From positions 62,001 to 126,000 of the IMG/VR virus record IMGVR_UViG_3300025098_000012: DNA of 64,000 nt. One strand, 5' to 3'. The stretch's first letter is position 1. Every line of letters begins with the position of its first letter. Below the pieces are notes generated by a model that worked only from the letters and a program-made list of their open reading frames with translations, was not told the origin of the DNA and did no database searches. Made by a program: the position numbers and the translations under genes. This document shows positions 55,735 to 64,000 of the stretch, one piece after another.

Positions 55735-56709
55735 TTACTTCATATTGAGGTTGATAATCCCCCCTCCTTGTTCAGTGGGGTCGGGAGACTTTGTTTTTCC
55801 TAGACCACGCTTGGCCGCGTTTCGCTTCTTTTGAGCTTGACGCTCTTCACAAATGTTCTCGAACTTACACCAAGTACAATGCTTCGGGATTGGGTTAGGT
55901 TCAAAGACTCCCCTATGAATAGCACGATTGGTTTCAATCGCTTCTTTACCCAACCTACGAATGTCGTCATCCGTAATAGACACTTCTACAAATCCAGTCC
56001 AATCAGCGTCTTTGTCAGCAAAGTGCTTTTCGGGTGGGTTTGATCGAGGATACCTAAAATAAAAGAACCCAAGTCTATCTGGTACTTTCCCATACTGTAA
56101 TCTAAAACAAAGAGCATACCACCGAAGCTGATCTTCGTCTTCATACTTCATTGGAGTAGATGCGTTCTTACCATCAAGGATATGAACCTTGCCCTCCGAG
56201 TCTCGATATACAAGGTCGGCAATACCACATACATTAAAGTATTTGTTCATAGATGGGGTCATACGCAACTCAGACTTGGCGTAAGGACCGAGAAATCTAT
56301 GCTCTTTCAAAATCTCAAGGAAGTTCTGAGCACCTCTTTGGCAGATGTCCATTGCTTCTTCTCTAGTCATATATGACCAAATCACATAGTGTCTCTTCTC
56401 TGCTTTGGCGAACGCTTGGTCTACAACTTCCTTGATCTTTGTCTGTATCGTCTTAGGGTCACGATACAGTTCATGGTCGTATATTTCCTCTACCACAGTT
56501 GATAGGACTGTACCCATAAGTTGATGATGCTCCGAGTCTTTTGACTCATCTGGTAAAGGTTTTCTTTTCCCCTTACCTGCTCCAAGATCATGGTCGGGAT
56601 GTCCTTTATGCCATAGATACTGCTGAGGACACGCTCTCATCATTTTCAAGTGAGACCAGTATATGTTTCTCATGGGATCTTCCAATGCTTCGGTGTTAGG
56701 TTCACCCAT
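55735..56709 (-). CDS. PD-(D/E)XK nuclease (RecB/AddB/Cas4-like) with Fe-S cysteines
   Basis: ACP; GIADLV..ILDGK; QLRWY; CTWCKFENIC. Confidence 0.85.
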   Translation of the reverse strand: MGEPNTEALEDPMRNIYWSHLKMMRACPQQYLWHKGHPDHDLGAGKGKRKPLPDESKDSEHHQLMGTVLSTVVEEIYDHELYRDPKTIQTKIKEVVDQAFAKAEKRHYVIWSYMTREEAMDICQRGAQNFLEILKEHRFLGPYAKSELRMTPSMNKYFNVCGIADLVYRDSEGKVHILDGKNASTPMKYEDEDQLRWYALCFRLQYGKVPDRLGFFYFRYPRSNPPEKHFADKDADWTGFVEVSITDDDIRRLGKEAIETNRAIHRGVFEPNPIPKHCTWCKFENICEERQAQKKRNAAKRGLGKTKSPDPTEQGGGIINLNMK

Positions 56710-56811
56710 ATTGTACCTCCTATCTAGTTAAAATTGACGACCTCCTCCTTATATGTTTGTAATCCTTTTATGACCCCACTAAACATATATACTCATACAT
56801 ATGGAGGTCTT

Positions 56812-57696
56812 ATGTTAGACAGAGTAGTACAACGACACATGGTTAGGCTTGCTTGCCAGGTAGCTTATGAGCAAACACCTAACTTGAAGAAAGCACACGC
56901 TTCGGATTTATCTCTCGAATCTATCCAAGTTATAGCCAAGCACTTAACTGCAAATAGCCGACAAGACTTTACGCAGAGGAAGGCTTTCTTCTCTATAGTC
57001 AAAAAGGTTAAGCAACTCATCGACCTCTTTAAGAAATCACCTCAAGCGTGGGATAAGTTCAAGGCTATGTTAGGTATTACTTCTAGTGGAGTGGCGATGA
57101 TTAAAGAAATCGACACAAAGCTCGGTAATCTTCTTGAAGAGGGGAAGAAGAAGCTCGCTCAGTTATCTAAAAGAGTATGGAGTGAAATACCCATACTTAA
57201 ATTGATAGGTGAGGTTCTTGAAGAAAAGAACAGATGGGAAGTAGCATTAGAGAAAGCAAAAAAGTTTGTACCCGAAAAGGTCTTAAATGCGTTTAAAGCG
57301 ATTGAAACTCGTGCTTCATCAATAGGTGAGTACTTAGATGACCTATTAAGCAAGTCTAAGACCCTAAAAGCATTATCTGCACCAATCAAAATCTATCTAT
57401 TCTTTCAGATATGGGATTGGTTTGCTGACTTTGACTTTAGGGTCGTGGTGGCAGGAATTCTCGGCACTATTGAGTTCAAGGACTTGATCGCTCTTTTACC
57501 TTCTGAGGGCATTGAGGTCATCCTTGAACTTGTACTACCCCCACCTGCCAATGGAGCGTTAGCAAAGCTCATTATTGGGGTAGGTGCTACCTCTACCTTT
57601 GCCTTGATTATGGTGCTAGAGATCGAATACTTGAAGGGTGTTTACAAAGTAAACAACACCAAAGACCTCTTAGTAAAGCTAGAGGCTAATGGCTAA
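56812..57696 (+). CDS. Helical protein with hydrophobic C-terminus, probable virion component
   Basis: SD GGAGG; RVVQRH..RLA N-terminus. Confidence 0.65.
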   Translation: MLDRVVQRHMVRLACQVAYEQTPNLKKAHASDLSLESIQVIAKHLTANSRQDFTQRKAFFSIVKKVKQLIDLFKKSPQAWDKFKAMLGITSSGVAMIKEIDTKLGNLLEEGKKKLAQLSKRVWSEIPILKLIGEVLEEKNRWEVALEKAKKFVPEKVLNAFKAIETRASSIGEYLDDLLSKSKTLKALSAPIKIYLFFQIWDWFADFDFRVVVAGILGTIEFKDLIALLPSEGIEVILELVLPPPANGALAKLIIGVGATSTFALIMVLEIEYLKGVYKVNNTKDLLVKLEANG

Positions 57697-57698
57697 TC

Positions 57699-58925
57699 TT
57701 ACTTAAAGAGATCATCAAGCTCGTCCATAGCCGCTTGACCATCATCACTAAGTTTGCTTGATGCTTCGGCATTGATTTCGGGTTCATCTTCCTTCTTCTT
57801 GGAAGTGAGATAAACACGCACTTGACCAAACATCACATCAAGCCAATTTTCGGGTAAGAGCTTTCGGAAGCCATCAAGACCTTGACCTTTATGTTCTGTG
57901 CCTGTGTTTGGATTAGCCCAAGAGTACCAAGCACCACCCTTCTTCACGACACCGACAGAAATAGCAAGATCAAGCACAGTACGCTCATTATCTACACCAA
58001 TCCCATTCATAAGGTAGAACTGAGACTCATGCTTGTAAGCGTCTGACACCTTACACTTATCGAGTGTAGCACGAACGATGTTGCCCTTAACGGTATCAAT
58101 CATCTTGTTCTGTAGACCATCCCACTCTTTACCTCGATCTTTACCGATCACACGAAGCATGATCTTGAGGCTTGAGTAGTAAGTCCACGCTTGACCACCT
58201 TGTGGTTTACGAGTCGGTCCGCCACCAAAACCACCCATACCACCAATCGCTTCACGCAACTGAGAAATCCCGATGACCCCTGTATTCGAGTCTGCAATCA
58301 CACGCTTAAATAAAGGTAGGAATTGCGACCATTGACGAGCGAGAAGTCCGACAGCCGCTTGATCACCTGCTTCCTTTTGGAACATCTTTTCGGGAACACC
58401 TGCACCCACAGAGTCAACCACGATCAGATCGACTCCTGCTGAGGCGAACTTGACCATGAGCTTGAAGCCTTGTTCAAGGGTTTCGGGTTGTAGGAGCATG
58501 AACTTGCTTTTATCAGTGACAGGTACACCGAGCATTTGAGCGTAGCGAGGCTCAACTTCATTTTCCCAGTCAATGTAGACGCAAGTACCACCCTCCTCGC
58601 TACAGACCGAAGCGGCTGTCTGTAAAGCGATAGTGGTTTTACCTGCACCTGCAAGTCCATAGATGTTGGTGATGCGTCCACGAGGTATGCCTGGACAGGG
58701 GCGAACACCTTGAGCGTTCTCTTTACCTCCGATGAGATAGTCGAGAGAAACAGAACCTGTGCTGATATGAGCCATAGACTTTGAGAGAGAATCGAGATCA
58801 AGCTCCACAAGAGCCGAGTCTTTCTGACCCTTTTCAGCTTCGTTGAGGACACCTGCGAGATCGACACCTTTTAAGGCCGACTTCACCTTTGAAGATTTTG
58901 ACTTTGATGTTTTGGCTTTAGCCAT
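57699..58925 (-). CDS. recA: RecA/UvsX recombinase
   Basis: ISTGS..LD; GIPRGRIT.IYG..GAGKTT; YID.E; IVVDSV; ISQLR; KGGAWYS. Confidence 0.95.
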   Translation of the reverse strand: MAKAKTSKSKSSKVKSALKGVDLAGVLNEAEKGQKDSALVELDLDSLSKSMAHISTGSVSLDYLIGGKENAQGVRPCPGIPRGRITNIYGLAGAGKTTIALQTAASVCSEEGGTCVYIDWENEVEPRYAQMLGVPVTDKSKFMLLQPETLEQGFKLMVKFASAGVDLIVVDSVGAGVPEKMFQKEAGDQAAVGLLARQWSQFLPLFKRVIADSNTGVIGISQLREAIGGMGGFGGGPTRKPQGGQAWTYYSSLKIMLRVIGKDRGKEWDGLQNKMIDTVKGNIVRATLDKCKVSDAYKHESQFYLMNGIGVDNERTVLDLAISVGVVKKGGAWYSWANPNTGTEHKGQGLDGFRKLLPENWLDVMFGQVRVYLTSKKKEDEPEINAEASSKLSDDGQAAMDELDDLFK

Positions 58926-59038
58926 AAACGCACTCCTTAATGATGAGGTTAATAGAACGACTTCAAGACCCTTATATGATCTTCTCATTTATAGTCTATT
59001 TATAATTTTTATTTCTATGTGAGAGGAGATCCAAAAAC

Positions 59039-59371
59039 ATGATTTACAACACTTTAGCACACATTGGAGATACGATCCCTTGTCAAATTGCTTGGCTCGG
59101 ATCTGATCGTAAACCTCAAGAGGTTCAGAATGTAGAGGCGACCCTCTTTCACTATGTAGAGGATGTACGCACAGTATTGAGTGGTCCGAACGCAATGGTA
59201 GCTACAGATCAAGCTCATCGCTTCGTGTATCGCTTTACCATACCAGATAATGTTTTAGGACAAACTATATTTGTAGAATTTAAAGCAGAACTAGTGGCTG
59301 ATAACACACTCATTTATGGCGAACAAACCGTTTCAGTCTCTTCAAGAGACACTTTCATTGAGGTGGTGTAG
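59039..59371 (+). CDS. Ig-like virion protein
   Basis: Beta-strand pattern; late-type motif upstream. Confidence 0.6.
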   Translation: MIYNTLAHIGDTIPCQIAWLGSDRKPQEVQNVEATLFHYVEDVRTVLSGPNAMVATDQAHRFVYRFTIPDNVLGQTIFVEFKAELVADNTLIYGEQTVSVSSRDTFIEVV

Positions 59372-59373
59372 TC

Positions 59374-59694
59374 ATGGCAGTTATTTTTGAACAGCGTACA
59401 CAGTTGGGGCCGAATGATTTGAGAGTAGAAATCTATGACAGTCAAGGAGATGGGTTTGACCCATACTTGATTACCTATGGTTTTTACGGAGAGGATCATA
59501 CTAGAGGGGAGTGGGAAGTTGGTTTGGGAGGTCGCTCACCTGTGAGAGAGGAAGCAGGCAAATACTATGTAGGTGAAATGTTATCGGCAGGGTTTATACC
59601 AGGATCTTACTTTGTTCGTTGGGTTATAAAGCGAACTGAGACATCCCCTCTTGAAGTAATCAAAAAACAAGAGTTCGCCTTGATTGGATACTGA
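59374..59694 (+). CDS. Ig-like virion protein
   Basis: GKYY...PGSYFVRW. Confidence 0.6.
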   Translation: MAVIFEQRTQLGPNDLRVEIYDSQGDGFDPYLITYGFYGEDHTRGEWEVGLGGRSPVREEAGKYYVGEMLSAGFIPGSYFVRWVIKRTETSPLEVIKKQEFALIGY

Positions 59695-59696
59695 AT

Positions 59697-59912
59697 ATGA
59701 AAACTATTTTACTGCTTGCCATATCATTAGCTTTTTACACTTGCGATCAGTCTGAACCTTTCGTTGAAGATAATCGCACAGAATGTGAAAAGGCTTTAGA
59801 CTATATACAAGAATGTGTTGGATATAGACCTTACCTTAGAACCTGCTCGGTTGAAGATGCTGAAAAGATCCTCTCTACACCTTGTGAAAACATTAAGGAC
59901 TTGTGGAGATGA
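59697..59912 (+). CDS. Small Cys-rich lipoprotein-like protein
   Basis: MKTILLLAISLAFYTC; four further Cys. Confidence 0.65.
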   Translation: MKTILLLAISLAFYTCDQSEPFVEDNRTECEKALDYIQECVGYRPYLRTCSVEDAEKILSTPCENIKDLWR

Positions 59913-59915
59913 GAT

Positions 59916-60794
59916 ATGGCTATAAAATATGATGTAACCATGAAAGAACGATACTTAGCTGTCGTCCTTCTTGACATAATAGGCAGTACAGCATTTGTTC
60001 AGAGGAACGGAGCTGTGGTTGCCGCGAAATGGTTTCAAGTACATGACCGTCTTGCTCGGTCACTTGTGTATAAGCACAGTGGAAGAGAGATTGATCGGTC
60101 TGATGGATTTCTTTTGTCTTTTGATCGAATCATTGATGCTGTTAACTTTGGGTTAGCGTATCAACGAACAGTACCTAAAAAAACCAACCTACAAACCCGT
60201 ATAGGCATCCATTGGGGAAGGGTCATCGAAGTAAAGCAAGATGATGTGTTCGTTGGTGCAGGAGCTAAGAGAGTTGAACTTGAAGGTCTAGCTAAGAACA
60301 TCGCCGCTCGAACGATGAGTCTTTGCCAAGCAGGGCAGGTACTTCTTACTAAAGAGGCCATGTCAGCAACAAGAAATCGTACATCACACAATCTACCCAA
60401 AGATGCGAGGTATGTCTGTGTTGGGATGTACAAGTTCAAAGGTGTAAGTAAGCCACAAGAGATATACGCTGTAGGTGAAACGATACAATCATTACAGCCA
60501 CCTAAAGGGTCGGACAAAGTTAAACGACTCGGAGGTCCTAAGTACATCCGTAAGAGAGCTAGGGATCGAAAGTTTCTCGATTGGGTTTCCTATATCTTTT
60601 GGAGGTTAGGGTTTTTAGCAACACTCTTTTGGATTTGGGTCATTTTTCAGATCTCATTAGTACCCATGACAAGAACTTGGATAGGTCTGCCTTACCATAT
60701 GCCTCGATACGATGCTTTCATTGAGTATGTTGTGGACTCCTACAACTCTTTAACGAATCAAAAAAGAAGCCCTAAAGAACGGAGGCGAAGATGA
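59916..60794 (+). CDS. Class III nucleotide (adenylate/guanylate-type) cyclase with C-terminal TM
   Basis: VLLDIIGST; SDGFL; RIGIHWG; NIAAR; FKGV; TM helix near C-terminus. Confidence 0.85.
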   Translation: MAIKYDVTMKERYLAVVLLDIIGSTAFVQRNGAVVAAKWFQVHDRLARSLVYKHSGREIDRSDGFLLSFDRIIDAVNFGLAYQRTVPKKTNLQTRIGIHWGRVIEVKQDDVFVGAGAKRVELEGLAKNIAARTMSLCQAGQVLLTKEAMSATRNRTSHNLPKDARYVCVGMYKFKGVSKPQEIYAVGETIQSLQPPKGSDKVKRLGGPKYIRKRARDRKFLDWVSYIFWRLGFLATLFWIWVIFQISLVPMTRTWIGLPYHMPRYDAFIEYVVDSYNSLTNQKRSPKERRRR

Positions 60795-61309
60795 ACCAAA
60801 CAAATAAACAATTTACACAGTCCGAGAAAGCAAAAAGAGGGTGGTGGGCTTCAGTAGTCTTTATGTTCCTTATCTGTGTTCTGATCTACTTTCTCTCTAC
60901 CCATGAGATCGTAGAGAAGAATAGAGATATATTGATCGGGATCATAGGTATGCTTACTGGTAGTATCTCGTCCATGTTAGCTATAGCGAGTGGAAGAGAT
61001 CCTTCTGAAGTAGAAGAACTCAAAGACAAGCTCGCTTCAGCCAATGGGGATAGGGAAGCGTTAATCGCTCGTCTTAGAGATGCACAGATACAGATGCAAC
61101 TACTTAGAGAACAAATCTTTGAGCTTCAATCTGCTGTGATAGATAAGTTGTCCGTATTTCAAGGGCAGACAGTTATTAAGACTAAGACTGAGGAACAGGT
61201 AAAACTCAAAGGTGTTGTCAGTCAATGGATCGACCCGAAGAAGAAATCAGACGATGAAGAAGATGATGAAAAAGTAGAGATCACTTTCGAGGATGGGGAT
61301 GATACTTAA
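60791..61309 (+). CDS. Two-TM plus coiled-coil membrane protein (holin-like)
   Basis: TM-NRDIL-TM; ATGA-coupled to the cyclase. Confidence 0.65.
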   Translation: MNQTNKQFTQSEKAKRGWWASVVFMFLICVLIYFLSTHEIVEKNRDILIGIIGMLTGSISSMLAIASGRDPSEVEELKDKLASANGDREALIARLRDAQIQMQLLREQIFELQSAVIDKLSVFQGQTVIKTKTEEQVKLKGVVSQWIDPKKKSDDEEDDEKVEITFEDGDDT

Positions 61310-61360
61310 TAAGTCCTTTATGATCTCCCTATAGGTAAAGCATTTATATGGGAGGTCATT

Positions 61361-62737
61361 ATGGCACAGCATGGTTGGTACGACAGTAGAAGTCCTTATC
61401 CAGTCCCACCAAGAAATACAAGTGCTGTCTCCCCTTTCGCTAGGGGTGAGATAGATGTCCATTGGGATAACCCCTCTATCTTACATGGTAATGAGGGTTG
61501 GATTATTCGAGGTGTGAACATCTACAGATCGGGCAACTCTGATCGCGGTCCTTATCGTAGGGTGAACATCACTCCTATTGGGGGAACGATCTATAGAGAT
61601 CGGATCGACACATGGGCTGTCAACGATGAAGTCATCACAGCAGATAAGTGGATTTCCAAAGGTGATCAAGGTGAAGATCCTTATCGCTTCCAAGTAGAGT
61701 ATCCCATAGCTCGTCAAAATAGTATCAATGATCCTGCTGACTCTCCGAGAGATGTAGTGGTAATGATTAACGGTGTAATCGTACCTACATCGAGAGTGCT
61801 TGGTGAGTTTGGTGAAGTAACTTTATTCTATGCAGGCAGAGCCATACCCGATGCGATCACTTTAACAGAAGATAGTTTACCTCCTCCTATAGATGACAAT
61901 ACAGTGGTCACGATCAGTTATATTGCTTATGATCCAGAGAGTCGTTTAAGGATTGGCACTGATAAGCGAGATTTCTATCGGGTAGTCACAGTAGCAGAAG
62001 ATCCTAGAACTGGCACATTACATGAAACTCCTTTAGAGCATTGTAAACCATTTTCGGATCGTGAGCTTGAGCGTGTAGATTATATGTGGAGAGAAGGTAT
62101 TCGCAGAAACAACTGGATACTTGAACAGGGAGGTGAGCGAGTTAAGTTATTTACTCGCAGGATAGCAGGTATTCCTTGTTATTGTACCTCCTTCGACAAA
62201 GAGACTCTTAAATATGCGAAGCAACCCGACAGTCTTTGTACTATCTGTTTCGGTACAGGCATTAAGGGTGGGTATGATGGCCCTTACGACATCATAGTCG
62301 GCCCTAATGACAGTGAGCGTAGGATTTCTCAAGAGGATCGAGGTAGACGCAAGGAACATTCATATGAAGTATGGATCGGTCCAAGTCCTATCGTGAGTCA
62401 AAAAGACTTTATCGTTAAACCTAATAATGAACGGTACTCCTGTGGTGCAGTTAATATGCCATCCAATAGGGGTAATGTTTTACAACAGCATTTCAATATA
62501 GCGTATCTTGATAGTGGCGACATACGATATAGATTCCCTATTGAGGGTGTTCCTGTATCATGGCCAGAGACTCGTTATGGGTATTGGCCTCAGAGAGATA
62601 CCTACACAGCTCGTGGTGATGCTGTTTATCCTGTTACACCCGACAGTGCTTATCCTATGGATTCAGACAAGGCTACTGTATCTAATGCGTTGGAGAAGCG
62701 AGGTCGTACTGCAACTTGGGAGAATCAGAACTATTAA
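61361..62737 (+). CDS. Probable head-completion/neck virion protein
   Basis: FN3-like VHW...NIYRS; CYC...CTICFGTG..GGY. Confidence 0.6.
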   Translation: MAQHGWYDSRSPYPVPPRNTSAVSPFARGEIDVHWDNPSILHGNEGWIIRGVNIYRSGNSDRGPYRRVNITPIGGTIYRDRIDTWAVNDEVITADKWISKGDQGEDPYRFQVEYPIARQNSINDPADSPRDVVVMINGVIVPTSRVLGEFGEVTLFYAGRAIPDAITLTEDSLPPPIDDNTVVTISYIAYDPESRLRIGTDKRDFYRVVTVAEDPRTGTLHETPLEHCKPFSDRELERVDYMWREGIRRNNWILEQGGERVKLFTRRIAGIPCYCTSFDKETLKYAKQPDSLCTICFGTGIKGGYDGPYDIIVGPNDSERRISQEDRGRRKEHSYEVWIGPSPIVSQKDFIVKPNNERYSCGAVNMPSNRGNVLQQHFNIAYLDSGDIRYRFPIEGVPVSWPETRYGYWPQRDTYTARGDAVYPVTPDSAYPMDSDKATVSNALEKRGRTATWENQNY

Positions 62738-62798
62738 TAGTTTATTTATCCCTATCAATAAGTGGTCATTCTAACCTTAACCAAATGGAGAACTCCCT

Positions 62799-63200
62799 AT
62801 GAGAAGATCAGCATCAGAAATTATCAGTGAACTTGAGCAACGCATCGCTCGTCTTGAAGGTCGTAAGTCTTCTTTGAACCTCGATGGTGTGCTTGATGGT
62901 ACATCCTCTATGTCTAAGGTTGAGTTAAGTGATCTTGCTGTCAATAAGATGAGAGACAGCATGGATAACTATCAAGAGAGAAAGATCCAATCTATGCTCG
63001 AAGAAGCTCAAACTCAAGGGCAGGCTGATTTGAAAACTGCTATGGAATGGAGTGCTAGGAAAGTTTCGGGTCAAGTAGCGTCTAAAAAAGGATTGAAAGA
63101 CTTTACGCACATGAGGGGTTGGCCTGTAGAGTTAGGTAGGGAAGCTCGTTATTGGATGTACTTTGCTTTGATCGCTAAAGGCATCATCAAACAACCCTAA
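62799..63200 (+). CDS. MRRSA..LEQRIARLE leader protein
   Basis: Late-type motif plus SD GGAGA. Confidence 0.75.
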   Translation: MRRSASEIISELEQRIARLEGRKSSLNLDGVLDGTSSMSKVELSDLAVNKMRDSMDNYQERKIQSMLEEAQTQGQADLKTAMEWSARKVSGQVASKKGLKDFTHMRGWPVELGREARYWMYFALIAKGIIKQP

Positions 63201-63206
63201 AATCTT

Positions 63207-64000
63207 TCATTTCTTCCCAAAGCGACCATTGATTGAGTCTCTTAGGTTATAGCGTGGTGATTTAGGTGCAATCCTTTTAGCATCTGAACCACCTCGCCCT
63301 GTGTATCGACCACCTGTAGCAAAGGTCTTTCCCCCTGCCATTGGGTGTCGGTATTGCCGACTGCCTTTAGAACTAGCAAAGTATCGACCTTTGCCGATGT
63401 TATTAGATGCAAGCCATGCCATGCGTACAAGTGCGTCTGACATATCGTCATGTTTGCCTTTAGTCTGTGGGGCTTCGACTGTGATGAGATGCTTACCATG
63501 CACCGTTTGCTGTAGCTCTAAGAGTTCTTGGATATACGGTTCATGTCCTTCTGTCTCATAGTTAGGTCGATTGTAAAGTTTGATCTTCTGATCCCACATC
63601 ATGTCCTTAAAGTTTTGATACATCTGTGAGGAGAGCTGTTTGGTCATATTATGAGAGGTAAGATTTTTCAATCCTCGCTTCTCAAGTGCTTGTTGAAATG
63701 GAATACCAGCCCATTGGTCAAACATACCCTCTGTGATGTAGAACTTCTTTGTGTAATCTAACACCCAGTCAGCGACATCATCGAACTCTAATCGTTCTTT
63801 GTCTTGGTAGATACCTTCACCTGCTTTAATTTGAGCTACTAGATCTACCACGATTTCTTCACCATCGAGATGTCCAATAGCTATGGCAGTTCCGTCACCT
63901 ACAAGACCCAAGTCGATCCCCATAAAGTGTGGCATTCTAGCAGGGGCTGATCTCTGAGGTTTTAACTGTGTGTCAACACAAGATAAGAGATCTTGTTCAT
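63207..64000 (-). CDS. terL: Terminase large subunit, C-terminal nuclease domain (partial; frame open to window edge)
   Basis: GIDLG..GD; FDQW; ELLEL; HDDMSDA; no stop between 63935 and 64000. Confidence 0.85.
   Translation of the reverse strand, partial: EQDLLSCVDTQLKPQRSAPARMPHFMGIDLGLVGDGTAIAIGHLDGEEIVVDLVAQIKAGEGIYQDKERLEFDDVADWVLDYTKKFYITEGMFDQWAGIPFQQALEKRGLKNLTSHNMTKQLSSQMYQNFKDMMWDQKIKLYNRPNYETEGHEPYIQELLELQQTVHGKHLITVEAPQTKGKHDDMSDALVRMAWLASNNIGKGRYFASSKGSRQYRHPMAGGKTFATGGRYTGRGGSDAKRIAPKSPRYNLRDSINGRFGKK

Larger units (their letters stand above)
3925..58979. promoter_or_regulatory. Dispersed TCATATAA motif (candidate middle promoter)
   Basis: Copies about 20-50 nt upstream of starts: 3925-3932(-), 4581-4588(-), 27683-27690(-), 29641-29648(-), 33268-33275(+), 40459-40466(-), 51428-51435(-), 55726-55733(-), 56749-56756(-, variant), 58972-58979(-); also 2699-2706(-), further upstream. 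Confidence 0.6.
18929..62749. promoter_or_regulatory. Dispersed TWATAR-N5-TTAT motif (candidate late promoter)
   Basis: 18929-18943(-), 27647-27661(+, TAATAC variant), 49702-49716(+, CTAT variant), 58989-59003(+), 61307-61321(+), 62735-62749(+); weaker copies at 51409-51423(+) and 56757-56771(+); all precede structural-looking genes. Confidence 0.55.

Noticed and set aside
55735-56709. CRISPR-associated cas4
   Set aside because: No cas1/cas2 or array; sits in a recombination cluster, typical of stand-alone phage nucleases
1-64000. Alternative genetic code (stop reassignment)
   Set aside because: Long intact ORFs and tight gene packing using TAA, TAG and TGA as stops

Overview
This window is part of a large (jumbo-type) tailed dsDNA phage genome read in the standard genetic code; the host cannot be identified from the sequence. 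It has three zones. (i) 1-18.8 kb: virion/baseplate-type genes, including a 3037-aa protein, interrupted at 2.1-5.6 kb by small accessory genes. (ii) About 19-49.7 kb: a dense accessory region of small, mostly unknown genes in both orientations. (iii) About 49.8-64 kb: recombination/replication genes (RuvC-like, Rad50/SMC C-terminal half, beta-clamp, PD-(D/E)XK Fe-S nuclease, RecA) interleaved with probable late genes (class III nucleotide cyclase, head/neck-type proteins, terminase large subunit C-terminus). The strongest non-coding signal is a 17-bp motif, GTAACCCCTTATYTATA. I found about 32 copies, always pointing into the next gene. It heads a modular leader (motif, TAGTRT, short hairpin, ACCAACCACTC, AGGAGA SD) and often supplies the stop codon of the preceding gene, so the accessory region reads as an array of self-contained expression cassettes. 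Remnant cassettes, shared leaders in front of unrelated genes and dispersed paralogues suggest shuffling. One 582-bp cassette is bounded by two identical 25-bp palindromic sites with attL/attR-like flanks. Two other upstream motifs (TCATATAA; TWATAR-N5-TTAT) track replication genes and structural genes respectively. All functional calls rest on motif recognition by eye; no searches were run.
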